A DNA stretch of 64,000 nucleotides. Source: Blasia pusilla. Lineage: Eukaryota. The notes below the pieces were generated by a model that did no database searches, was not told where the DNA came from, and worked only from the letters and a program-made list of their open reading frames with translations. Location of the stretch: contig CM114271.1 of the NCBI GenBank assembly GCA_050084515.1, positions 43,152,001-43,216,000 of the forward strand, written 5' to 3'. Shown in pieces: positions 52,130 through 64,000 of the stretch. Position 1 is the stretch's first letter; every line of letters starts with the position of its first letter. The position numbers and the translations under genes are program-made.

Positions 52130-52493
52130 ATAGTGGTCAGCCAAAACACGGTATCCGACATACAAGGGTGCATGTGGGCAAAGTCCGTGTTTGTGGACAT
52201 GTCCATGTCCGTGGTTCTTATATCCGTCCTATGGAAGGACTTGTCCGTATGGGCTCCACCTTTCCATTCTTTCTCATTCTCCTTACTTGCCTTCGTATTC
52301 CATATTCCCCCATTTCTTCCTCCCTCCACCTCCACTCCCTCCTCGCTCATTGCTCTTCTCATCCTTGCATTGCCTTCCATCATGGACTAAAATTATGGGT
52401 CCCATCTCTTGGAATCCATGTCCGTGGACATGTCTAGACTTGTCTGTCCATATCCGTCTTAAGGAAGGACTTTTCTGTTTTTGTGCAACCATG
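52130..52493. mobile_element. Right-end fragment of the non-autonomous hAT-like family
   Basis: Collinear with ~30170-30522 and ends TTTTTGTGCAACCATG. Confidence 0.7.
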
Positions 52494-55400
52494 CCGACAG
52501 ACCTCCCAAGTTCAAAACATTCGAGGCATAAAATGAGGAAGCATAATACACGATTTTGGGCATCCTCGAAAAAGAACTCGACACACATAGACTCCTTTTG
52601 AACATGAACAATAATTTTTTTGGCAATCATTCCTATATTCCAAGGACAAGATCCGACCTCTAAGAACTTTGATCAAGACCCATCAATGGAGTCATCATCA
52701 GCTCCAATAAAGTGAATTAAAGAGGGAGCTTGGTCTGATTCTTTGCTTCTCCCTTGGCTTCTCCTCTTTATGGATCTAGCTAGGTCTAGCATTTCTCCAT
52801 GTGTAACCACGGTGGCTACCTTCATCTCTACGAGCCCGCACATCCATCTAGGATCCTCTGCATTTCTAGTTGCTTTAGAAGAGGTGAATATCACTGATTG
52901 GACATCATGTATACCATTGTTCTAGTCAACAATTGTAGTTGCTTGATTTGGATAGCCATCCAAGCCTCACAAATAGGGCCTTCCTCAACCCATTTAGATG
53001 GTGAGCCTCAACCACCTCTATGAGCATACCCACCATCTTGTCCTCTGATAAGGTCACTTGCTAGTCCAAAATAAACCACGCGTGGGACTTGTTGGGCATG
53101 TCCATCACTAGAAGGAAATACCCAATTTTATGACGTAAGAGCTAATGACTCATAAGCTTTTCATGGCTAGATGATCATAACTATGACTCTTGGAGTCATA
53201 ACTATTCCTTTCGATTCATATAGAGTCATTCATTGAGTTATGGAAGGTACATTGAGTCATGAAAATGTTTGCGACTTCTGGTCAAGAGTTTTAAATGGTC
53301 GAGACTTAAAATGGATGACTCCCATTTGGATTACGTGGCATGATTTTGTATTACATGGCATGGCGTGAGCAATCGGGTTTTTGGTTTGGCGCCAAGGGTC
53401 AGGAAGAGACGCAAGAGCCCAAGCGTCGGGTCGAGAAGGATGTTTGCACCAAGACTGCAGAGCTCACCTAGACTATAGAGCGTATAAGAAGAATATAGAG
53501 TGTTTAATCCCCGCGACCCTAAACAACCCTAAACGTGAGGGAAGAACGCAAGAAACCCTAAACCCACGAGGGAAAGTTGATTTTGAAGGTTCAGAAAATG
53601 GAGGAGATAGAGTGCACTTTGCTGAAATATGCAGGCAAGCAAAAAACTTAAGAATAATGAGTACACGGTTTTCGAAGATTTACTGAGCGCCATGCGCTCG
53701 TCTCTTGCCAATCTCCAATGGATTTTGACTCCCATGTGTGCAACCACTACCATGAAACACTCATCGTGCTTGTCAAAAGATAGTCAGAGAATGGGGTTAT
53801 GGCTCAGGGAAATAGTCTGATTTCTTTCGCCTCAAGCCGGTGGAGGAGGCGCCAATAAGGAGGCGGAATTGATATAATTGCGCATATAGACTGCTCCATG
53901 ACACTACAATTGAGGAGAAATTGTGGTCTCTCGTATATTGGGCTTGTTGCCATGAGCGCCAAACAAATTTTAGGGAGTGATTCAGCGAGGATGCAAAGGG
54001 ACAGAGGGGAGTAGCTCTCGTAGGGGAGCTCAGAAGGTGAGTCCGCAAGAGTAATATGAATGGGGTATGCATGTACTCTCAAAGGTACAACATCTCTACC
54101 GTGCATTTGCAGGAAGCATGGATCAAACTTTCAAGGGGTCAAGAGATTTGGTTTGTTCACTCTCCAACCCTTCTATCTATCCATGATGTGGAGTCTTGTC
54201 TTTCATTATCTGTACAGTGTAGATCTCAAGCTATTGCTTGCTTTGTGATTCGAGTTCTCACATCGACGCACATGGATTGAAGACTCTAATTGGGTCCACG
54301 GCGTGGTAGGTATCTCAGGATTACATTGGACCATTATAGGGATCTGGTCTCTCTGGCTATTGAATTTTGTAGGAGATCTATCTAGAGTGCAAAGGTGTAC
54401 TTCCAATGTGTGTGACATTTCCTTTGAAGCCTACCATGGCGGGGGGCACTGTAGAGAACGAGCATGCACAAGAGAAGATGACAAACTGAAATTACTAGTC
54501 TACCGATTGCAGGGCGTGCGCGCTATGAGATCCGGAAGTACTTTGGACCTTGGCGTTAACTAAAGATGAAGGTCTTTGTGATAGGTTCTGCAGATAAGCG
54601 GAGTTTAGATTAGATAAAAATCAAATGACACTCTATTTGTTAGTGCATTCACAAATTGACGATAGACAACCGGTGATAATAATTGCCATAGAAGCGACGA
54701 AACCTCAGCTTGCAAGTTGCAAATTATACCAGAGGGTATTGGAAGACACCTACTTCTTGTTAAATTTCTTGTATCTCCTCCGGTTCTATTCCTTTGATCT
54801 AGATCTAGATCAGCTATTCACCCTAGTGTGTATTCAAATACAAGACATATATATTGTATTGTGTAAAGAAATCAGCTATAGAGGAACTATGATTGGAAAA
54901 GGTATATATGCCCACCTTGTTGCTCTATTGAGTCAGTGCTATCTGCTGCATTTTGAAGCACTCAACTTCTACCAGGATGTTGATGCAATAAAGTACTGAA
55001 TGCCCCTTAGTGTTACATCTTCTAGCTCATATACTTCGGATCATCCACTTCTAGATGTTGTTTTCTCTTAAGCAGGGGAGCAGTAAGTTGGTCTAGTACT
55101 GATCCTTAACACTCATTTGTCTTTGATCTCAATTCTAGCCATTTGTACCCAAGCATGTTCCTCCTGCCCAATTTTCCCTATCCCTTGGCCTCCTTATGAG
55201 CTCCTTTCCAGCTTACATCTACCCCAAGTCTATGGTTCTTGTTGTATGTCTCTCACCCACGTCCAATTGATGCTTTGCAGAGGAAAGAGAGAGAATCAAT
55301 GAGTGAGTGATTATATTTTTGAAAGAGGAAGAGAAGAAGGAGATAGGAGAAGGAAATTGTAAGAAAATAGAGAGAGGAATCTAGAGAGATGCAACGCATT

Positions 55401-58400
55401 ATGTATGGAGTGTGCATACTATGTGAGGGTAGTTTAGTATATTGAGAACCACCATTGCTTACCAACTCGCTTATGCTGAGAGAGAAAACAGTGAAAAACC
55501 AATCACACATGTATTTCAATGTCTTAAGCCCTCCATGATGAGTTGTTGCCATGGTCAATATTGAACCACCAATGCCACCTTTCGCAAATTATCTGCTCCA
55601 ATTTCTCGTCGTACAATTTTTTTACTTAAATTTAACTGGGATTGCATGGATGTAGTAATTTCCCTGCTTCTATGTGTATTGTCCAGTTGCAAGAATGTGA
55701 TTTCCGTTATCTGAGGATAGGCAAAGTAAAAATGCTAGACTGGAGAACTATAAATGTCTCCCATCTATAAACACTTCAGATGTATTGTTTACTTCTCAAT
55801 GGTGCATCTTCCATGTTCAATGTAGAATGTTCGCTATTTTCCTCAATTCTGACTACACTTCAGATCAGTTGTACTCAAGAAACTAGAACCTATTGTAGAC
55901 TATTAATTAGCACTCTTGACTAGGACTCTTACTCTATGTATCAGACAACAAAAGACGTGCTTGTGTCTATTTAGAAACTATGTAAAGTTTAGTTTGATCT
56001 AAATCAGCAAGTATTACACTTTAAAAGAGAATTACAACAATAATAGGTAAGTGTGGTCTTAATAGGCACTGAAGAGGAAAATAAAAGATAAGACACACGC
56101 ACTATATGTAGTAAACAAAACACATAAGACGTGATTTAATACTTGCTAGTTCCAAATGCAGCAGTTGATAGGAATGAATGTGCACTCCTCACGTGACTTG
56201 ATAGCTGAAGCTTGGACTGAGTGTGAACTATAGTGATAGTCAATGGAGTCATTCAAAAGTATATGTACAGTGTTGATTAGCTTTCACAGAGCCATATTTA
56301 ATAGAGAGTCAACTTTTGCAATACTTGTTGATGGAGTGGTTTCAAGATTAAATGTGCACGGGTCATATGCTTTTAGAGCAGCAACTTTGAGCAATTGCAA
56401 ATGGAAATATTACAAATGAATTCAAAATCCGCATTTATATTACTTAGTGAACTGAAAATATACTTTTTTTCTCTCTATTTTATAAGTATAACAAACAGTC
56501 AATCTAGAGCATGCAGTTGATACTGTATATACTTCATAGTTACTTGGAATGCAGGCTCTCAGACTGGCTATACATTGGATGTGTTTTGCAGGTGAAGAAG
56601 GTAAAGAAGGAAAGTTCACAGGTACGTTAAAGTGTAGCCTTGTTTCTAAAGTATGTTGAAGAATTCACATCCTGCATTTTCAGATTCTCGATGATGTCCA
56701 TTGCAGAACTTATTTATCATGTCTATATTTAGCATAAGAGAACTTGCTCTCTGTATCATGAATGTTGTGCAAAGTAGACCAAGTAGTGACCATAGGTTTC
56801 ATTATAGCGCAACAACTTTGAACACATTCAGTAGCCCTAATGAATATAAGAGAGCTAGTAAGTAGCTGCTGAATGTTTCGAACAACTCTGGTGTTACCAG
56901 CTTAGATAATTCAACATATGCTCTTGCTATGGTGTTGTGAATTTTGTGCAGGAGACCAAGTAGTTTCATGGCTTCTTCCATGCTTTTGTGCTTGGCCACT
57001 ACTTTGGTTTTGGTATCCACTAATGGTTTCTCATCTAGCTCCCATAGTTCAGGCCCTATATAGAGAGAGAATGAGAGTGTACTTACATGGTAGTGCATGA
57101 TAGAGTGTGAGTGCTCACACTATCAATTCTGGTGTCACTTGCTTAGCAATACAGCATATGCTCTTGCTTTCGTGCTCTTGTATTATGAATTTTGTGTAAG
57201 AGCCTTAGTAGTGACCATAGGTTTCATCCCCAAAATGTCTCAAGGTGCAGGAGTTTTAGTTGTGTTTTCATCATGATGTTCTTCTTATTTTCATGGCTTC
57301 TTCCATGTTGTTCAACTGTGACTCCTTGCCTAGTGCTTTGCCATAGGTTTAATCTAGATCAAGCTGACACGTCCATCTTCCTTGCCAACATTTACATGGA
57401 ACCTACAAGCCCATCACTCCACTTCCCTGACCATGATTCATAATTCCATGTGCATTCAACATAGTCATCCAATGGGGACTCATTATGTTGATCACGTCGC
57501 TGACTCCATAGATTCCTCGCTGCCATCATACCCACAAGCCCAACCAGCCAATCCACACTAGTTTCCTAGTCAGGGTGCAGAAGAGTCTAGGTCCATTCTA
57601 CATATACACATATCCAACTCTTAAAACCTTTTCTGCTTCTCTTCCATTGGGGTTTTGGTATCTTAACCAATTTTCGTGGCCATGGTTTATAGTTCCACGA
57701 ATACATCTAGCTCTTAAACCATTCACCCAGCCAGTGATACAATCCTTAACGTCCACGACTTGAAACAAACCTTCTTATGTATCATTGTAGATCCCAAACT
57801 AATTTTGGTATATACATGCAGGTATTGGAATTTGTTGTGGAGGTTGTGAGGCTCCTTCCTTGTTGCCTTTTAAAAATATTAGGATTCTCCACGCTAGGAT
57901 TTTTACATATCCCAATTGCAAATAGGTATATAAAGTAGAGATGGGCCCCTCATAGGGTACGAAGCTGGTGTTAGCTGATTTGGATGGCAAGGTGATAACC
58001 ATGTTTCATGTTCAGTTAGGAGGATTAAGACATATGGAAAAGAGTGTAAATGGAAAGACTTTGAGTGATTAGCCTAAAAAGTCTACAATTCGATTGGCTC
58101 TAGAAGAGGAGGAGATTGAGTTGGAGAAAATTTGAGAAAGCAAGAAGAAGAGTCTGCCCAACATTATATTAATGAGACCATTAGTGCTCTAGAGGAGGAA
58201 CAAATATGGCCTGAAGAGGCCAAAGCATTAGCTTATTGGTAGGAATGTACTTGGGAAAAAGTACGTACAGACTATACTAAGCGTACAAATTTGGAGGACG
58301 AGTGGTTGCACAGAAACCTTAAGGATTGGTCTCCTAAGAAGTAAGTTTGTTTTTCAAAAATACATTATGCTTATATAAGGAGTAGACGCATTTCATGTTT

Positions 58401-58572
58401 GTAGATGTGAGACATAACAATCGTTGAAACTGACTGGATAATGTATGTATCTTGTGGTGTTGTAGTAGATAAGTGGAGCTTATAGTCTCTGAAAAATATA
58501 TATAGGTACTTTCATTCTCTTATAATTTTATCAAAATCTGAAAAAAATCACTCAACATAGACAACCACTTAA

Positions 58573-61500
58573 TTATCCGGATAGAATTTCACGACATGAC
58601 TTCAAACTTTGGCGTCGAGAGAAGGCTCGGGCTAGAAGGGATGGTATAAAGCGAGTTAGGTGTCCTTAGCTTGTAGTATATGCAAAGGACAAAGAAGTAT
58701 TTCCTTGCCCAAAGTGGAGGAACATTTATGAAAAAACCAACGTTCCTCTCTGTGTAGGATATGGAAAGGTAGAGAATAATGGGACTCATCTGATGATGAG
58801 TGGTTGAAACAAGATGAGCATGAGAGAATAGTTCATGAAGCCATTGTCATGAATATGCAAACCCATGATAGGCCAACAGATTTTACCAAATCTTAACCTC
58901 TAGCATACCAAGAAGGCGTAGACAACGAAGTTGATGCGCACATATTGTTGAATAAAGTTTTTTACCAATACGATGATCTTCATGACAAAGAAGTTAGATC
59001 TGATAGGGGGCAAGAGAGGGGAACAATGATCAGGTTGACATAGATGAAGACCCTAAAGATATGGATAACGAGATGGCTTATGCATGTAAGCCTCTCTATT
59101 TCGATGCTGGAGTATCAATGTTGGTATTTGTCATGCATCTTTTTAATATTGCAGGAGCACATAATTTAGCCAACGTAGCTATAGATGAACTTTTGAAGTT
59201 TCTTGGGAAGCATGTCTTGCCATTCAAAAACAATGTGCCGCAAAGTCACACCTAGCTAAGAAACTCATGGTGAAATTGGGGTTGATTTACGATACCATCC
59301 ATGATTGTCCACGTGGTTGCGTATTATTCCAATGGGATTTACATGCTCTTAATCAATGTCCAAAGCGCTATACACAAAGATTTAGACAAGTTGGAAAGTC
59401 ATTGGTACCTTGCAAAAATCTTTGTCATTTCCCAATCATTCCTAGATTACAACGCATGTTCACATCCAACATCTTGTCTGAGTTGATGTGTTGGGGTCCT
59501 CTTAACCAAAGCAGAGATGGTTTAGTTCGACATATAGCAGACTCCAGGGCTTGGAAGCATGTAGACCATATATATCCTGATTTTAGGAGTGAGAAGAGAA
59601 ATTGTATATTTGGATTAGCATTAGATGCGGTGAATCCCTTCTTGGAGAAGGCGAGTTCATGGTCAACTTGACCAGTGTTATTAGTGAATTATAATTTACC
59701 TCCTTGGTTGCAAACAAAAAAGTTTTTTATCTAGTTGGCTTTGATCATCCTTGGAAAAGAGAGTGTCAATAGTGAGAACATTGACACTCTCTTGGCTCCC
59801 TTCGTGGAGGAGTTTGCAAAGCTGTGGGAAGGTGTCGATTTCTATGATGTGAGGAAATTGGATGGACAAGTGAAATTCACCTTCAAAGCCTTGATTTTGT
59901 GGACCATCAATGACTACCCTGCATATGGGTTGATCTTAGGACAAAGCCATGGTGGAAAGCTAGCATGCATAGTGTGTGGGCCTCAAGTAGATTTCGATGT
60001 CACTAAAGAATGTGGCAAACCAATATTTCTTGGTCATCGTCGTTATCTCAAACAAAACCATCATTGGCGAGGGAGGAAGTATGGATCACTTTTCAATGGG
60101 AAAGGAGATTCTAGGCCACCTCCCACAAGGATTACAGAAATAGAGCATATTCGATGGGCAGAGGATAAAAAAAATACCATGAGAGAGGGGATAGAGAAGA
60201 CGGTCCTGCTGACCCTTACAAGAAAACCGGAGTTAAGCGTAGAGGCATCCTTTTTTCATTGCCCTATTGGCAAGTATCCTACTTGATTATAAGTTTTTGC
60301 ATTTTGTAAGGAAGATGTTTTTTTTGTTTATCGAAGTACACAGGATTTTTCCTTAACTATATGTAATTCGATAGCATTTATTGATTCAACATACCCTAGA
60401 CATCATGCATGTAGAGAAGAATATTTCTGAAAATGTTGTGAAAACACTATTTGGGATACATGATACATTCAAAGTGAGGCGAGATATGAAAAAAAGAAAA
60501 ATTCCATCCCACTTATGGCTAAAACCTCACCCTTCTAGAAGTGGAAGTATTGTCAAACCTGTAGCAAACTATGTTCTCTCCGCTAGTGAAATGGCCATTT
60601 TCTTGGGAAGGGTTGAATCTTTGAAAGTGCCAACTCGCGATAGTGGTGAGTTGAAAAAACTTGTGATGAAGAAGAGATTAGGCAACATGAAGTCTCATGA
60701 CTATCATGTATTTATCCAACAAATTTTACCTTTCTGTCTTCAAGGTCTTATGAGCAAAGATGTGAGAACCACGATTCTAAGATTATGTAGAGTTATGAGG
60801 AATCTTTCACAAAGAGTTTGGGACCGTATAGATTATCCCCAACTTCATGAAGACGTAGCTGTCACCATGTGTTTGCTTGAGATGCATTTTCCTCCAACCT
60901 TTTTTAATGTAATGACCCATCTGCTCATTCATCTAGTGGAGGAGCTAGACATATGTGGGCCAATAGCATGTAGATGGATGTACCCTTTTAAAAGGTATAT
61001 GGAAGTTATGAAATACGTGAGGTCAAAAAGCCCGCCTAGAAGCATGTATGTCCAAGGCCTACATTTTAGAAGAAGCTATGGATTTGTGACAGAGTATATG
61101 AAATGGTTTGAGCCAATTCATACTCGAGTATGGGATGATGGCGAGGAGGGTGGTGTGTCCGGGGAAGAACTAGAGGGTGCAGGAGTCCAAGTTTGACTTT
61201 CGCGATCTACTATCGACATAGCACATCAATAAATTTTGTATAATATCCAATGTATGGTGAAGTGGCATAAGTAAAGCCTCAAACCCTTCAACCCGTAGTG
61301 GCTTGCTTGCATTGCCAACTTCAAATGGCCACAACCAACCCTCATCCACACTGTTTGATAGAGGCTTATATTTTACAAGTTATTCGAACAAGAAAAGAAG
61401 AGAGACAACACCTTAGCAAATGTCTCATTTTTGGATTGGGTACGACAAGCCATCATCCACACCTCTCATAGACTTAAACAACCCCTTGACCAAGAGGCTT

Positions 61501-61944
61501 TTACCTTCTCTATACCCCAAATGAGCAAAGTGCGATCATACATAAGCATGAGAGCTTACGGGAATCATTATAGGATATATAGACAATGTTGGAACTATAC
61601 CCTTCTCTACATATGATAGCGGCATTGGAGCCATGTTTGTGGGTAATGACGATTTTAATCCATCATGCTCAAGGTGCTCTTATTCGTATGTAGGAGTGCT
61701 GGTTGACATTTTAGCTATTGATAATCAGATTTCTGGGGAGCGAGTAGTTCTTATGAGAGGTCGTTGGACTAGGGCTGATTGGTCATCTCGTAGACCATCT
61801 ATGAAGCGAGACAGCAAAAGGTTTATCCTTGCCAATTTGAGAGATGTCGAGCCAGACGATCATGAGCCTTTTGTCTTCCCTTTGCAAGTTGAACAAGTTT
61901 TTTATGGTGATGGAAGTGGATGGAGAGTGGTTTTGAAGAAATAA
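58573..61944 (+). pseudogene. CACTA TnpD transposase (Transposase_21, DUF4218 and DUF4216-like regions), disrupted
   Basis: IHDCPRGCVLF, HFPIIPRLQRMF, DSRAWKHVD, LWTINDYPAYG, LDIMHVEKNI, MKSHDYHVF, FPPTFFNVMTHLLIHL, RWMYPFKRYM, EPFVFPLQVEQVFY. Confidence 0.95.
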
Positions 61945-62159
61945 GCCCGATCTCATAGATGTTTTGCAAGAGACAAAGATGTAGCAAATGAAAATAATTT
62001 GGATTTCTCCGGATTAGAAATTCCTACTAATTTGCCTATAATTATACAACTTTCTTGTGTAGCTCCTAGTACAGAGTTAAGTGATGCTGAAATTAATATC
62101 TCGATGAAGGATTTGAGTAATGTGGATGTAGTGTTAACATTCTCTCTCTGAAACCTCAG

Positions 62160-62438
62160 TTGCAGGTTGGAGAAAAGTTTGATTTTATTGAACCGAGGAA
62201 TACACGACATGTTATCAGTCATGGGGTGGTTAGTGGTCTTCCGGGGAAAGATCGGTTCCATGGGAAGAAAATTCCCATAGGGACCCTCTCTTGTTGCTTG
62301 ATTGAGGCCATTGAGCCTAGTTTCAAGTTTGAGGAAGACGAGCCGCCACAATATGTTTTGGGTGATGCTGTACGATCAATTGTACTCTGGCCTGAAAAAA
62401 AATATGAGAAAGAGAGTAGAGTAATCTACTTCTATTAA
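62160..62438 (+). pseudogene. CACTA accessory exon (Tnp1/En/Spm-like C-terminal domain)
   Basis: VISHGVVSGLPGKDRFHGKKIP...VLGDAVRSIVLWP pattern after a TTGCAG acceptor. Confidence 0.6.
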
Positions 62439-63378
62439 ACTTGGTGTTCAGATTTGTACATTATGTTTTTTTTTAAAACTCTTCTCTACACCCTACAAGG
62501 GAATTTGAGCCATGTTTCTGCTTCAATCTTGACTTCAAAAGAGAAGTTGTGAAAAACACCACTTGACAATTGATTAAATTTTTTCTTCTCGATTGAGGTG
62601 TTAAATTCATATTTTTGGTTATTTACATTTCAAATTTCTGGTGAACTCCTTCTTTGAATCACTCATTGAATGGGGTTTAAATTGACATAGAAGCAAATGA
62701 AGATCTACTAGCACCTACTTGTCACACCATCAAAAATACCCAATCCACTTCAATAAATAGTTTGCTGGTTTATCCTTTAGGAAGAACATAAAGAGTCATT
62801 ATGGTTGCAATGCCCTCTCAGAGTGATTATAATCTAGTCAAATGATGACTCATGTGTCACATATGGCACAACTTTTTAGTCAATGAATTACTCTCCGAGT
62901 CATCACTTGAGTCATTAATTGTAGCTATGAGTCATACATATACTATTCACCAATAAATAAATGACTACATGACTAATTGAAGAGACTCAATGAATGATAT
63001 CATAAGTCATCATTAAGTCATGACATGACTTTATGAGTGATTGAAATTGTTTTGGGGAGTCATGAAATAACTCTATGAGCTACACTCTCATATCACTATG
63101 AGTCATTATGTGCCTCTGAAAATTTGTCAGAAATTTAAGTTGTTTGTCTTATTATCTATTTCGTACAAGTGACGTGTTACTCCACGTTGGACTGATGACA
63201 TGTAATACACCTATAAATTTTGTCCTTTTTTCCATGTCAGATACTACACACACTCACTCACGAGTCATTTATGTATGACTTGATTAAAATAAATGACTAT
63301 AGTCATGACAAATATGACTTGTCTTTTAAGAGTGGTGGATTCATGAGTCATGAAAGTCACCTTATTCTTCTAGTGCAT

Positions 63379-64000
63379 GGACAAGTCTATTTATATGCTA
63401 TCTTGCTTTTTAGGTTATGCATTGTAGAGTCCATCCTCTACTTCATCTAGCTTCATCCAAAGCACTCACAATCTTAAGATTTGCAAGTAGAAGATGTAGA
63501 TTGAGTCTCAAAGACTCGATCGATTGCGTGTTCCGTAGGTAGTCGAGAAGCCGCCAAGTGCTAATTGGGTCAAGTCTCCTTGAGTGCAAACTGTATCCCA
63601 ATGAAGCCTCTTCCCCAAGCCTTGACCAATATCCCCAAGTTTCTCGCCTATATTGGAGCGCGTCGATTAATTCCTCCAAGCACCTTCCTTAGCTCAAACC
63701 TAAAACATGGCCAAACACGCATCACGATTAGTTTTTGGTTCAAGGGCTTAAGAAGGTAGAGAGGAGAGCATCCCCCCACCATAGGTACTTCTAGAGTTCT
63801 CCATGAAAATTCTACCTTCCCAATTATCCCCCTTGGGCCCTTGATTTTGGCTCTCAACCCAAACGTGGTTTGCGACCTGCCGTCCACAGACCGATGTTTC
63901 ACTAGTTATCCATCAACATGGCTTGGGGGAAGCTTCTTGCAGCTTATGCAACTCTTGGCTCCCTAAACACATCTTGGATGTTGGATCCGCATTTCATGTG
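63379..64000 (-). mobile_element. Degenerate retroelement (probable Gypsy gag) sequence that CACTA B inserted into; continues at ~52620-53102
   Basis: The TSD joins the two flanks. Broken minus-strand frames lie upstream of the Gypsy protease fragment. Motifs are weak. Confidence 0.35.

Larger units (their letters stand above)
53106..63375 (+). mobile_element. Complete CACTA (En/Spm) element B, 10.27 kb
   Basis: CACTAGAAG at 53106 and CTTCTAGTG ending at 63375. 3-bp TSD CAT/CAT. ATGACT/AGTCAT subterminal arrays at both ends. Internal transposase. Confidence 0.96.

Overview
Eukaryotic plant nuclear DNA dominated by nested, mostly decayed transposable elements, with two intact spliced host genes. 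A non-seed land plant such as a bryophyte is inferred from the TE lineages and the aquaporin type. The genes are a 7-exon acireductone dioxygenase (ARD; minus strand, 19422-21680, 207 aa) and a 3-exon TIP-type aquaporin (minus strand, 48031-49653, 254 aa) with an unusual N/H/A/R selectivity filter. TEs: two related CACTA elements (one complete, 53106-63375, with a CAT target-site duplication; one running off the left edge and ending at 8165), two Copia elements plus a solo LTR and an RT fragment, scattered pieces of a Gypsy family whose integrase ends in a PHD finger, CRE-like non-LTR retrotransposon pieces, a hAT transposase element, hAT-type MITEs and short non-autonomous Helitrons. The most notable item the ORF track misses is cargo inside the left CACTA: an intron-containing, five-exon fragment of a kinesin-14 (ATK/KatA-type) gene joined to a decayed poly-glutamine ORF. 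The window also has several fold-back palindromes, two of which appear to have arisen de novo when paralogous LTR copies are compared. All calls are by manual reading; no database searches were run.
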